Position numbers and translations under genes: made by a program. DNA of 64,000 nt from Octopus sinensis (taxonomy: Eukaryota). Shown in pieces: positions 1 to 11,444 of this stretch. How positions within the stretch are numbered: the stretch's first letter is position 1; each line of letters begins with the position of its first letter. The notes below the pieces were generated by a model that had not been told where the DNA came from, did not search any database, and saw nothing but the letters and a program-made list of their open reading frames with translations. The stretch is taken from NCBI RefSeq assembly GCF_006345805.1, contig NC_043003.1, positions 14,136,001 to 14,200,000 on the forward strand, written 5' to 3'.

Positions 1-327
1 AAGCTCCAGTCTGGTTTGGCAGTATACTTATATACTTATACATACATACACATACACACATGAAATGAAAGAATTAATAAAGGAACAGGACCTACATAAT
101 CAACTTCATTAGCTAACAGCTGTTTCTGCTATAAGATGCAGGGAACTCAGTGCTGAGTGCCTGTGAATAACTTCACAACTTCCCCAGCGCTGAGCATACA
201 GCAGTAACCTAATTGATATAATCACATAATTCCTATTCCCTTGTCGTTTCTCTAATTTCATAGTAAGCTCTGTACTCACTTAACACTTTATTCTAAAGCA
301 TATGTGCATATATATATGTATATATAT

Positions 328-374
<47 letters not shown>

Positions 375-644
375 TGAGTTCTACAAATATCGAGTTATTA
401 GTATCACTATGCCCAGGTGAAACCATAATGTAATGCTGGTGCCATGCAAAAAGCACCCAGTACACTCTGTAAAGTGGTTGGCAGTAGGAAGAGCACCCAG
501 TCATGGAAGCCAAAACAATCAATGGAGCCTGATGTGGTTCCCGGCTTTTCCATCTCTTGTTAAAATATTTAACTCATGCAAGTATGGAAAGCGAAAAGTG
601 ACTTCGAAATTTCAACCAGGTAAGCCATCATCTGACAGTGTATA

Positions 645-1025
645 GTCTTTACTCTTTTACTTGTTTCAGTCATTTGACTGTGGCCATGCGGAGCACCGCC
701 TTTAGTCAAGCAAATCGACCCCAGGACTTATTCTTTGTAAGCCTAGTACTTATTCTCGGTCTCTTTTGTCGAACAGCTAAGTTACTGGGGCGTAAAGATA
801 CCAGCATCGATTGTCAAGCGATGTTGGCATGGGGACAAACACAGACACACAAACATATATATGATGGGCTTCTTTCAGTTTCTGTCTACCAAATCCACTC
901 ACAAGACTTTGGTCATCCTGAGGCTATAGTAAAAGACACTTTCCCAAGGTGCCACGCAGTGGGACTGAACCCGGAACCATGTGGTTCGTAAACAAGCTAC
1001 TTACCACACAGCCCCTCCTATGCCT
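645..1025 (-). mobile_element. tRNA-derived SINE family A, full length
   Basis: Reverse complement of the family consensus: head GGAGTGGCTGTGTGG (A-box-like), GGTTCAGTCCC (B-box-like), GGCACCTTGGGCAAGTG core, internal TA/GT tract, tail GAAACAAGTAAAAGAGTAAAG. Confidence 0.9.
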
Positions 1026-1098
1026 CTTCATAATAAAATAATACAAAATAATGTATTGACTGTTTTAACTATTGCATATTATAAATAAATATATGCTA

Positions 1099-1513
1099 AT
1101 AGGTGCAGACCTGGCTGTGTGAGAACAAGCTTACTTCCCAACCACATGGTTCCGGGTTCAGTCCCACTGCGTGGCACCTTGGGCAAGTGTCTTCTACTAT
1201 AGCTTTGAGCAGACCAAAACTTTGTGAGTGGATTCAGTAGACGGAAACTGAAAGAAGCCCCATCGTATATGAATATGTATATATATCTACGTGCGTGTCT
1301 GTGTTTGCCCTCACCACCCCCATCACCGCTTGACAATTGGTGTTGGTGAGTTTGCGTACCCTGTGATCTAGCAGTTCGGCAAAAGAGAACGATAGAATAA
1401 GTACCAGGCTTGAAAAATACAATTCTTGGGGTCGATTATATCGACTAAATAAAAGTGGTGCACCAGCATGACCGCAGTCACATGACTGAAACAAGTAAAA
1501 GAATAAAAGAATA
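1099..1513 (+). mobile_element. SINE family A, full length
   Basis: Same head, core and tail as 645-1025, in the opposite orientation and about 75 bp away. Confidence 0.9.
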
Positions 1514-2374
1514 TACATATATACACACTAGGACAAACACACACATAAACACAAACAATTGAAAATACGCACACACACACACACTTTCGCTCATGCCCAA
1601 TATTCTTTTATTCAATGTTACTTGCTTTAGTCATTGTTTTCGAGGGTAGTCGAAGAAATCGACCCTGAGGACATATTCTTTTAACGAACCGCCACGTTAC
1701 GGGGACGCAAACACACCAACGTCGGTTGTCAAACGATGGTGGGGGAACAAGCACACACACACACAAATATATGTATATGTATATACGACGGGCTTCTTTC
1801 AGTTTCCGTCAACCATATCTACTCGTAAAAGGCAACAGAAGATGCTTGCCACGCAGTGGGACTGAACCCAGAACCATATGGTTGGGAAGCAAGCTTCTTT
1901 TACACACAACCACGCCTGCGCCTCGACACAGCTACATTACATAGTTCTATAAAATTGAACATACTCATTATACATACATATTTTCAGAAAGTTATGAAAC
2001 TGCATCCTTTAAGGCCCTCATGCTTTCCGAAATCCGCCGAAACTACACCTGATTATATATACACTTTAGATGAGTTGTAGTGCACCTGAGCACTGTACAC
2101 AATTATTATTATTATTAAAAATAGGGGTGCACCAAACTGTAGTTAAAACACACACACACGTTTGCAAGATAAAATCTCACCCATCTCCCCTAGAAACCAG
2201 CAGTATTGAGTCTGGTCACTCGACCAATACAAATGACATTCGGTAAACAGAAACAGCATTAAACAGATTTATAAGAATTAACAATAATTTACTTAAAAGA
2301 AATCGAGGTCACCAACGTTTTTAGCACCTTTTATTCTGCAATATTTATTAAAATAACAATAATAATAATTATTA

Positions 2375-2556
2375 TTATTATTTCTTTATTGCCCACAAGG
2401 GGCTAAACATAGAGGGGACAAACAAGGACAGACAAAGGGACTAAGTCAATTAAGATTGACTGCACTACACAACTGGTACTTGATTTATCGACCCCGAAAA
2501 GATGAAGGGCAAAGTCGACCTCGGCGGAATTTGAACTCAGAACGTAAAGACAGATA
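2375..2556 (-). mobile_element. tRNA-derived SINE family M (tail 1), 5'-truncated
   Basis: Reverse strand reads GAGTTCAAATTCCGCCGAGGTCGACTTTGCCCTTCATC...CCCCTTGTGGGCAATAAAGAAAT followed by (AAT)n. Confidence 0.85.
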
Positions 2557-3069
2557 ATAACAATAATGGTTCCTATCTAATATATTATCGAAATACACCA
2601 GAAAAGCCGGGTTGTATTAGTCCCAGGAAAGAAATCGACTGCTTGTTATGGGAAATATCTGCAGAATTTTGTGTGAATCCACAAATTTCTAAGGAAGATG
2701 TATCGTCAATTAACATCGAAACCGATTCTTTAATAATATGTATTTTTATCAAGCAAGGTAAGATGAAAAACCTGTCGTCAACTGATATATTTATTTATTT
2801 GTCACACAGCAATGAAACAAATTAATTTTGTCTCGTAGTATAGAGAAATTGAGCGGTCGTTGAATGTGTATATTTTTGCTGAAATAAACGTAGAATATTT
2901 CATTTTTGTTTGGTGTGTATGCTCTTAATGTGAACCGGTTGATATATATATTTTGTTGTCATCTCGGCGAGGTGACATTTGTGCTGATATATAAGCACAC
3001 ATTTAATACACGGAAAATTATTTAAAGTTTTGAATTGAGGAGAAAAACTTTAATAAAAAAGAAAAAAGC

Positions 3070-3259
3070 GGCAATCCTTCGGTATTAGTATACCAAGGAT
3101 CGCTTAATAAAAGTTTATCACGTTTTTTGTGGATCTTTATCTTTTTTGACCGACAGATTTACAAAAATAATTTTTTGTAACTGAACACTTTCAAATTTCG
3201 GACACTGGGAGAATGCGTCATATAAAACGTTCTTACGGTACCTATACCGAAGGATCGCC
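3070..3259. mobile_element. MITE remnant related to the 19716-20134 element
   Basis: Inverted repeat GGCAATCCTTCGGTA (3070-3084) / TACCGAAGGATCGCC (3245-3259), 14 of 15 matching. Internal GTAACTGAACACTTTCAAATTTCGGACACTGGGAGAATG resembles the subterminal region of 19716-20134. Confidence 0.55.
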
Positions 3260-3659
3260 AAAAAAAGCTAGTGGAATAAGCTTATGTTACAAGAAGGAAG
3301 GAAAAGGAGAAAAAAAAATACAAGGTGGAGGGATGACAAGTGCGTGTGAGAGAGAGCGAAAAAGCGCAGAGGGAAAAATGTTGGCGATTGACAACGTGGA
3401 GTGAAGAAAGGAATGAAAATAGTGAAAGAAAATAATAAAGAATAAATAACATGAGTGAAATAGGAAGAACTTGTCAGAACAGTCGTAGTTCACACACACA
3501 CACATACATACACACGTACGCACGGACACATACATACATGCGCACACGCGCAGTGAATTTAGTAGAAATGAGAGAGAGTGAGAGAAAGAAAGGAAGAAGG
3601 GAAAATTATCAGACCTGGATAAGTTGTTGTCTTCGCAGTTAAGAATAAAGTTTACATAC

Positions 3660-4156
3660 AAGCTCTCAGTAAAAGCGTACAAATGGTAGGCAGCATTTGA
3701 AGAAGAAGAAAGGGCGGGAGATAGAGAGAGAGAGAAAGGGCGGGAGAGAGAGAGAGAGAGAAAGGGCGGAGAGAGAGAGAGAGCTAAATACAGAGTGAAA
3801 TACAGAGAGAGAGAGAGAGAGAGGCAGACAGACAGACGGAAAAAAATATCTTGTAAAAAAAAAATAATTTAAAAAAGAAAAAGAGAAAGAAAGAAGAGAA
3901 GAGAGAGAGAGAGAGAGAAAGAGCTTTTGAAGAAGACAAAAAAACAAAATCTTGCTCCACTCAATGAACTAGCAGAAAACAAACTTGAGGAACATGCAGC
4001 TTCGTGAGATTGGTAGAGGCGGTGGGGGAGAGGGGGGTCAAAGAAGAGAGAGAGAGAGAAAGAAAGAGGGGACAGCTAAGACTTAGAAAAGCATGCATAT
4101 ACAAGGAGAGAGAGAGAGAGAGAGAATAAAAAGAGTAAGATATATATATATCAGGG

Positions 4157-4205
<49 letters not shown>

Positions 4206-4330
4206 TTATTAAAACAGTTTTACTGTAAGGTTTATATTCCTTTCTCTCTCTCTCTCTGTTTTTCTGTAAAAAAAAGCACCTCTAGTGAGAGGAATATTTA
4301 TTTATAGACACAGAAAAAGTAAATCAGTAC
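3660..4330. promoter_or_regulatory. Promoter-like region, unproven
   Basis: Three GGGCGG boxes (3712, 3738, 3764), CCAAT on the minus strand (4009-4013), TCATT (3967-3963, minus), and TATTTATA (4299) followed by TCAGT (4324) on the plus strand. Confidence 0.25.
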
Positions 4331-4333
4331 TTC

Positions 4334-4445
4334 TTGCCGCCACCGCCGCCGCCGCTGCAACAACAACCATTACTATTACTACTACTATTACTACTACTAC
4401 TACTACTGCTGCTACTACTACTAATGTCATCATCATCATCATCAT
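4334..4445. repeat. Compound trinucleotide microsatellite (GCC/CAA/TAC/CAT)
   Basis: Direct reading; explains the homopolymer-run ORFs 4285-4566 and 4334-4558. Confidence 0.95.
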
Positions 4446-4685
4446 CGTCTTATTCAAACCTTCACCCTGGCTATTTCTTTCCATCTCTAAATTCTTTCTC
4501 TTGTTCTTTACTGTTAGCTGTCTCCCATCTTTCTATATATATGTGTGTGTGTGTATAGATAGATAGATAGATATAAATTCTATAATTATAAGCATAATTA
4601 TAATTAGGGTTCAGCAAATTGCTTCACCACATACCGAAATTTTAGAAATAGCAGTTAAATACTATTCCTCTACCATAAGATATTT

Positions 4686-4708
4686 ATATATGTGTGTATG
4701 TATATATA

Positions 4709-4740
<32 letters not shown>

Positions 4741-4763
4741 ATATCTGTGTATGTTTGTGTGTG

Positions 4764-4844
<81 letters not shown>

Positions 4845-5025
4845 GTATATATCCACACGTATGCACTCACAAACATATATATGCATATTATATTTATCTA
4901 AACAGCACACACACACATATGCACAGACATACAGCATCCTATTATACATAGACACACACACACATACATACACAGATATACACACACATTATATGCATAT
5001 ATATGTATGCATATATATATATCAA
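4686..5025. repeat. (TA)n/(GT)n/(CA)n compound microsatellite
   Basis: Direct reading. Confidence 0.95.
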
Positions 5026-5236
5026 AACAGCAGAGAAACCAAATGAACCGACGGTACTGCCTACTCTTCACATACCGTTCATCTCTTGGCGGGGAGGAAA
5101 CTTTTTCTCTTATTTTTCCTTTTGGCTTTTTTTTTTCCCCAGGTCAGCAACATAGTTTAATCTTTATAGAGCCTGACCTTTTCTTTTGTACTACGAATGA
5201 TGACTGCACGTTTGTTTATTATTATCATCATCGTCA

Positions 5237-5288
<52 letters not shown>

Positions 5289-5388
5289 CTCTTCTATATG
5301 TCTGTGTGCGCTTGCATATGTTTAGATGTGACATTTTTACCCTGGCATCATCAAATGTGGAATGCGTGAATGAATACACCCCAAAGAT

Positions 5389-5439
<51 letters not shown>

Positions 5440-5449
<10 letters not shown>

Positions 5450-5760
5450 TGATTTTAATTGATTTGCTTTTCGCAGGAAGGAAAGTTTCTTATTCGAAGA
5501 TACGTCTCGCTTTTATCCTTCGAAACGTAGAGTAGATGAAACCATGGCGACTGAAGAAGGGTTTTTTTTTCTTTGTGTTAATTGTCCTATACTCTATTTT
5601 TTTTTTTTTTAATGTCCAGTTCCTTGGGTTTGTGTCTATGTTTTCGTTTCTCATTGTGTTCGACTTTTTTTTTTTTTTGGTGTCCTGTACTCATATATGC
5701 GTGTATATATACATGTAGAGGTAGGTACGTACATATATGTTTATATATATGCATATGTTC

Positions 5761-5765
<5 letters not shown>
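5440..5765 (+). mobile_element. Probable Penelope-like repeat fragments between (TA)n tracts
   Basis: Bounded by (TA)n on both sides; carries CCTTCGAAACGT and GGCGACTGAAGAAGGG, the half-motifs typical of Penelope terminal-repeat hammerheads. No ORF. Confidence 0.35.
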
Positions 5766-5820
<55 letters not shown>

Positions 5821-5825
<5 letters not shown>

Positions 5826-6168
5826 AATAATGAAGGGTGAAATTAATTAATTTGGAAAAATTATCAATTACACCAAGTAGTCTTCGGCATGTAAAAGCCT
5901 CATTCGAGGAAAATTTAAGTAATACTAAGCAATAAGGGTTTAGCAACGAGTTGCCTTACCACATACCGAATTTAGAAATAGCAGTCAAAGGGTTATAGCT
6001 ATTTCTTCTACTAAAAAGGGAGATCTCAGTAAAAACAGCATTTTGCTGTTTTTACTGAGATCTCCCTTTTTAGTAGAAGAAATAGCTATAACCCTTTGAC
6101 TGCTATTTCTAAATTCGGTATGTGGTAAGGCAACTCGTTGCTAAACCCTTATTGCTTAGTATTACTTA
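5821..6168 (-). mobile_element. TA-flanked element with perfect fold-back (arms 5916-6040 and 6044-6168)
   Basis: Arms are exact reverse complements over 125 bp with a TTT spacer; (TA)n on both flanks; a diverged relative of the arm sequence lies at about 4605-4675. Confidence 0.8.
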
Positions 6169-6780
6169 TATATATATATATATATATATAGGCTCGTATG
6201 TGTGTGTGTATATATACTATACATGCAGTAAGGACACATTCCAAAGACAGCGGTATTGACCCCATGTGCATGCATGTGTGAGCGAAAAACAAAAATAAAA
6301 ATCAATCCGCTACAACGCAACCGTCATCGAAGCATACGATATCGATTTCCGACAATGGCACAAGGCGCTTATACACTTAAGGGAGGATAATACAGACGAT
6401 TAAATCGCCCGTAGTACTTCACTGCTAAGTTATTTATTTAATCGACCCGGGAAGGATGAATAGCAAAGCTAACCCCCATTGGGATTTGAACTCAAAACGC
6501 AAAGGGTCGTAAATGTCCGATGGATAAATGGCACAGAAATAAAATGGAATAGATTTTTATAAGTATTTGTTTTGTTTTGTTATCTTTTTCATTAGACTGC
6601 GGCCATGCTGGGGCACCGCCTTGAAGAATTTTAGTCGAACGAACTGACTCCAGGACTTATTCTTTTAAGTCCAGTACTTAATGTATAAGTTCTGCTTTTG
6701 CTGACCGTTAGGTCACGGGGACGTAAACACGCCAACACCGGTTGTCAAGCAGGGAGCAGTACACAGACAGAAACACACAC

Positions 6781-6816
<36 letters not shown>

Positions 6817-6829
6817 CTCTTTTTTTTTT

Positions 6830-6985
6830 CTTTTACTTGTTTCAGTCATTTGACTGCGGCCATGCTGGAGCACCGCCTTTAGTCGAGCAACTCGACCCCG
6901 GGACTTATTCTTTGTAAGCCCAGTACTTATTCTATCGGTCTTTTTTGCTGAACCGCTAAGTGACGTATATATGTATATATGTATG

Positions 6986-7021
<36 letters not shown>

Positions 7022-7178
7022 ACGACGGGCTTCTTTCAGTTTCCGTCTATCAAATCCATTCACAAGGCTTTGATCGGTCTGCGGTTATGGTAGAAGGAAC
7101 TTGCCCAAGGTGCTGCGCACTGAAACGGAACCCGGAATCATGCAGTTGGGAAACAAACTTTTGTACCATACAGCCACG
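6830..7178 (-). mobile_element. SINE family A
   Basis: Near-consensus tail and body with a diverged head; a partial variant copy also lies at about 6572-6780. Confidence 0.85.
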
Positions 7179-7251
7179 GAAGCATTGTTTTCGCTCACAT
7201 TTAGTCTGCTGTGTATCTCTACCGGAATGTTTCGGGTGTTTGTGTGTGTAC

Positions 7252-7341
7252 ACCGTATTCACTCGTGTGTAAATCACACCTCGGGCTTTTCAGTTAACAC
7301 CAAGCATATAATAGTGCGGCTTATACACGAATAAATACGGT
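7252..7341. mobile_element. Tiny Tc1/pogo-type MITE remnant
   Basis: Imperfect TIRs ACCGTATTCACTCGTGTGTAA / TTATACACGAATAAATACGGT with only about 45 bp between them. Confidence 0.55.
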
Positions 7342-10300
7342 TGAGGGATAAGGGGCGAAATTGGAAACAGGGGCAAAATGAGTAATTTCTGATTTCCAAT
7401 CTATTCTCTCCTTACCTGTCTGAAGCTATTACATTGCAAGTATTGCATCATCTTTGGGAATAAAAATTGGTTGGCAGAGTTGTTGTTGTTGTTGTTGAGG
7501 GAGTTTGAAATATATTCTGGTGACAAGTGTGTTCGTTTTTTTTTTCTTTTCCCCAAAAAATTTTTCTTCAACTTTGACCCGATTGCAACTGAGGTCAAAG
7601 GATAATATTTGGTGTTTAACAATCAATATTCGTTTTCTTCCTATGTTTGACTCCAAGTCATAATTTCTTCTCTTTAACTGCTTGGTGCGACTTAACCCTT
7701 TAACATATGCTAAGAGATCAAACCCAGAACGAGGAGATCAGGGATAGAAATGGAGTGAAGGATGTCATCGCAGAATATCCCCATGCAAAGCTCACAAAAA
7801 ATAACAGCTTCCAAATCCTGTTTTCTGACTAAGTAAAAATTATCAAACTTTAAACATCTGTAACTAATTTTTTTAAAAACAATTTCTCTGGAAAAAGTGA
7901 AATATCTCCTGAGATTCAGCATGGAAAATTACATCGATACACCAAATTTTAAAATTTTCACAAAACTTTAAAATTTCCACAGATGCAACCAAACAGAAAT
8001 GGTCCAAAAATGCAAGGTAATTTTCCACCAGGAAGCCCTTTGGGCTGCAGCTTGCCTCCGCGTCCTCCAATCCATTTTTTGGTAAATCACTCATTCTCAT
8101 TTAATTGTATATATTTTCATTGTTTGTTTATTCATACATTTCATCTCATTCAATACCCTGACCCCAATGTTTGTTTTGTCTGTCCTCCTATCATCCCCTC
8201 TTTTTCACAACCTCCTGGTTAATAAAGAAATTGACTGGTTTAAACAATTAGAATTAATATAATACTTGTGTGGCTTAATCACCCCCCTCCCCATGTCATC
8301 CCAGATGTCCATTAAGGACATCAACCAGAAATTTCAGTCTGAAGCTAAGTCAGTTGATAAACCTTTTAATAGAAAAGGGTGTGGAAGGGGTTTTTAGGTC
8401 AAAGGGGCTTTTAGGGAGGATGACTGATGTCCCACACTTCCTCCCTCCACTCACCTTTTCCTCCTCCTCCTCCTACTACTACTGCTGCTACCATTTATTT
8501 CCTTCCCCCTCCTGCCCCTTGATAGTTAGGAACTTACAATTTCTAAGCAGTTGAAGTAGTTTTCCTAGAAGCAATTTACCATTTCTATACATCAATCATC
8601 ATCATCATCACCACCACCATCATCATCACCATCAACATTACCCCCATCATCACCAAATTCATCACAAGCACCATCATCAACTCCACCACCACCACCACCA
8701 CCACCATCATTATCATCATCATCATCATCATCACTTTAATATATCTGAGGCAATAAGAGTAACTAATTAGTAAAATAACAACTCAAAATGCTGTTGTTAA
8801 TTTTTTTTCCTTTTTACTTCTGACTTAACCCTGACTGAGCAGACCTCCTACGACCAAAAAAACGTTCCAACAAAGACCATCCAGTTGTACATTATCCAAT
8901 ATGCCCTTCTCTTTTATATAACAGTAAAGTATAATTTGAAGAAGATTTGGCTGCTATTTCTAGTGGGTAGAACCTTATGGTCACCCTGTCAACTGGTTAT
9001 GTATTTTACAGAGGTTAATCCTCTTCAGCATCGTTTTCTTTTTCATTTTTAGAAGATTGAGGTAAAAAAAAAAAGAAAATAATGTAGTCCTAATAAACCT
9101 GTTTTGTAGCCCCGACCCCTTATAAATTCAAATCCTGGGTAAGTATTTTGTATTTCTAAACAAGACCATCTTCTGGAGTGGACCCAAGGAGGATGGATGC
9201 CTGAGGGTCTCCTGCTCAAGAAAGGACGTGAGACCTTCTAAATAATGTTTTTACGCCCTTTTCTCCTGGAATTGTTATTCCCTTCTGACCTTGTGTCCTC
9301 GCTTCAAAAAATTCCTGGGACCGCACCTGATCTTATTCCACAGTGCCTTTTTCTCTTTTTGCCCCCCAACATCGCTTGACAACCGATGCTGGTGTGTTTG
9401 TGTCCCCGTAACTTAGCAGTTCGGCAAAAAAACCAATAGAATAAGTACTAAGCTTGCAAAGAATAAGTCCTGGGATCGATTTGCTCGACTAAAGGCGGTG
9501 CTCCATCATGGCCACAGTCACATGACTGAAACAAGTAAAAGAGTAAAAAGAGAGTAAGCAGTCACAGAGCAATGTGAAGTCTTTTGTTGAAAAACACAAA
9601 GCACTGGTCAATCTGGAAATTGAAACCATGATGTTGTGATCCTGAGTACAAAACCTGAACCACTAGGCCATGCTCCCTTAGAGTATACACAGCAGTGAAG
9701 GGTTGGCACCAGTAGAAGAGAACAGTCAATGTTAACTAAAAGTAGAAAAACCAATATTGATGATGTAGCGATAAAGGGTCAGAAGAACTGAAGAGCTGAC
9801 ACAGGATTGCTGTTAGCAACAAAACCATCATGTCAGAGAACACAGAACATCTCCAACCACAAATTAGGTGGTAAAATTGCGTTCCATTCCATAATGGAGA
9901 AAGAGACATGCTTCCATAACTCAAGCCGATAACAATATTTTCATGCTTCGCTTCTTACTAATAATGGTCAATGCAAACTCTCTCCCCCCGACCTCCGCCT
10001 TGTTCTGCCACCTCTTCCTTCAGTCAGGATCTGATTTGGCCAGCAGCTTGTTTCTGGAGACGAGTTGGAGCCCCCTTATTTATCCTTTAATAGCCATCCA
10101 TCTGTGATGAGTGTTGCAAAGTGCGAAACAAGTGAACTGAATCAGTGACTCATGTTTCAATTCCCACTGGTGGACTATTTTCATTTTATTTATGCAACTA
10201 ATGTTCTTGAGAACGGCATCAACTAAAACATATTACTCTAATATTTCCTTTTACACGAAGCCAACGCGAGTGGCCGTATTTATTCTTGCACTTAATGCAA

Positions 10301-10419
10301 GCAAGCAAGCAAAAGGAAAATGATTAACAACAACAACAATAATAATAATAATGAGAATAATGATGATAATAATAATAATGATAATAATAATAATGATAAT
10401 GAGAATAATGATAATAATA

Positions 10420-10580
10420 TGCAATAAAGGTGAAGTACTTGTAGAAAACAGCACTGCTTGGAACTGCTCAAATACTCTGGAAGGTGCTCAAAAAATAAGA
10501 GGTGTTACTTTAAGTTCACTGTTAGTGAACAGCTGACAGTGTAGTACATCTTCAGCATTAGAAGCTGTGCAAAGGCAACA
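10420..10580 (+). mobile_element. R4/Dong-like non-LTR retrotransposon 3' remnant
   Basis: Translates as IKVKYL*KTALLGTAQILWKVLKK*, matching the QK-x-x-LLGTA-x-IL-R-x-VL C-terminus typical of R4-clade elements; (AAT)n on both sides. Confidence 0.65.
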
Positions 10581-10595
10581 ATAATAATAATAATA

Positions 10596-10731
10596 ATATG
10601 GTTGTGATGCATGTGCCTAGTGTACCCTTATCAGACGGATAGTCATGATGGGTATACTGGGCTTCATATATTTTACCCCAGTGTCACTTTGATGGCATGT
10701 ACTGCTCTCTCACTCAATAATAATAATAATA
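10596..10731 (+). mobile_element. (AAT)n-associated family B, 5'-truncated
   Basis: 3' end GTGTCACTTTGATGGCATG(C/T)ACTGCTCTCTCACTC+(AAT)n is shared with the copies at 18466, 18533 and 26759. Confidence 0.85.
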
Positions 10732-11444
10732 AAGTCTTAGCTTAGTGTCTAAAAGCTATTTTCCAATGTTAATACCATAATGTTGATAGAACAACCTGGT
10801 AAACGTCTTGATACAATCTCCAAGTATAATGTCTTCCATCTGTTGGCAGGTAATGTACCAGATTTCATTGTATAATTTTAACCCTAATATTTTGTTCTTG
10901 CATGTCAACTATAACATTAGATAAGAGAGAGAGAGAGAGAGAAAGAGAGTGAGTGCAAATGAATGCGTGTGTGAGTTTGTATGTGTAAGTGTGTGTATGC
11001 GTGTGATGTGTGCTGAGTCTCTTTCAGAAATCAAACTGTACCATCATGCAACAATATCTGTTTGCAGAAGAGAGATTGTTTCACAGAAGAGAAAACAATA
11101 ACAAATGTTGAAGAATTTTATTAGCTTTCCTCTCTAAATCCATTAAAATACCAGAATATATCACCACAATTACAATATGTATGCGCTTATTAAAGTGGAA
11201 AAGATACAAATAGATAAAATGATGTTTCGTGTAAACAAAGCAAAATGCTAACTTCTGTAATGGTGAGGTGTTATAGTTAATAGAATCCACCATACTATAA
11301 CATCAGTATTAATTCATTCTCTCCAAGAGAAAAAGAAAAGGGTTCCTGCTTGATTTGAACTCTAGTCTAATACACTTACTGTTTTTGATAACATGCTGCG
11401 CTGTGTAGTTAACTCATATCGACAATATTAAAATAAACATACTT

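Noticed and set aside
2665-2757. 93-nt plus-strand open segment between CAG and GTAAGA
   Set aside because: The acceptor lacks a pyrimidine tract, the peptide is unrecognised, and such segments are expected by chance.
7983-8222. Pro/Gly-rich 79-aa ORF and a 34-nt plus-strand exon-like segment
   Set aside because: It lies next to a probable TTAA-type transposon remnant, has no recognisable domain, and the exon is not frame-preserving.
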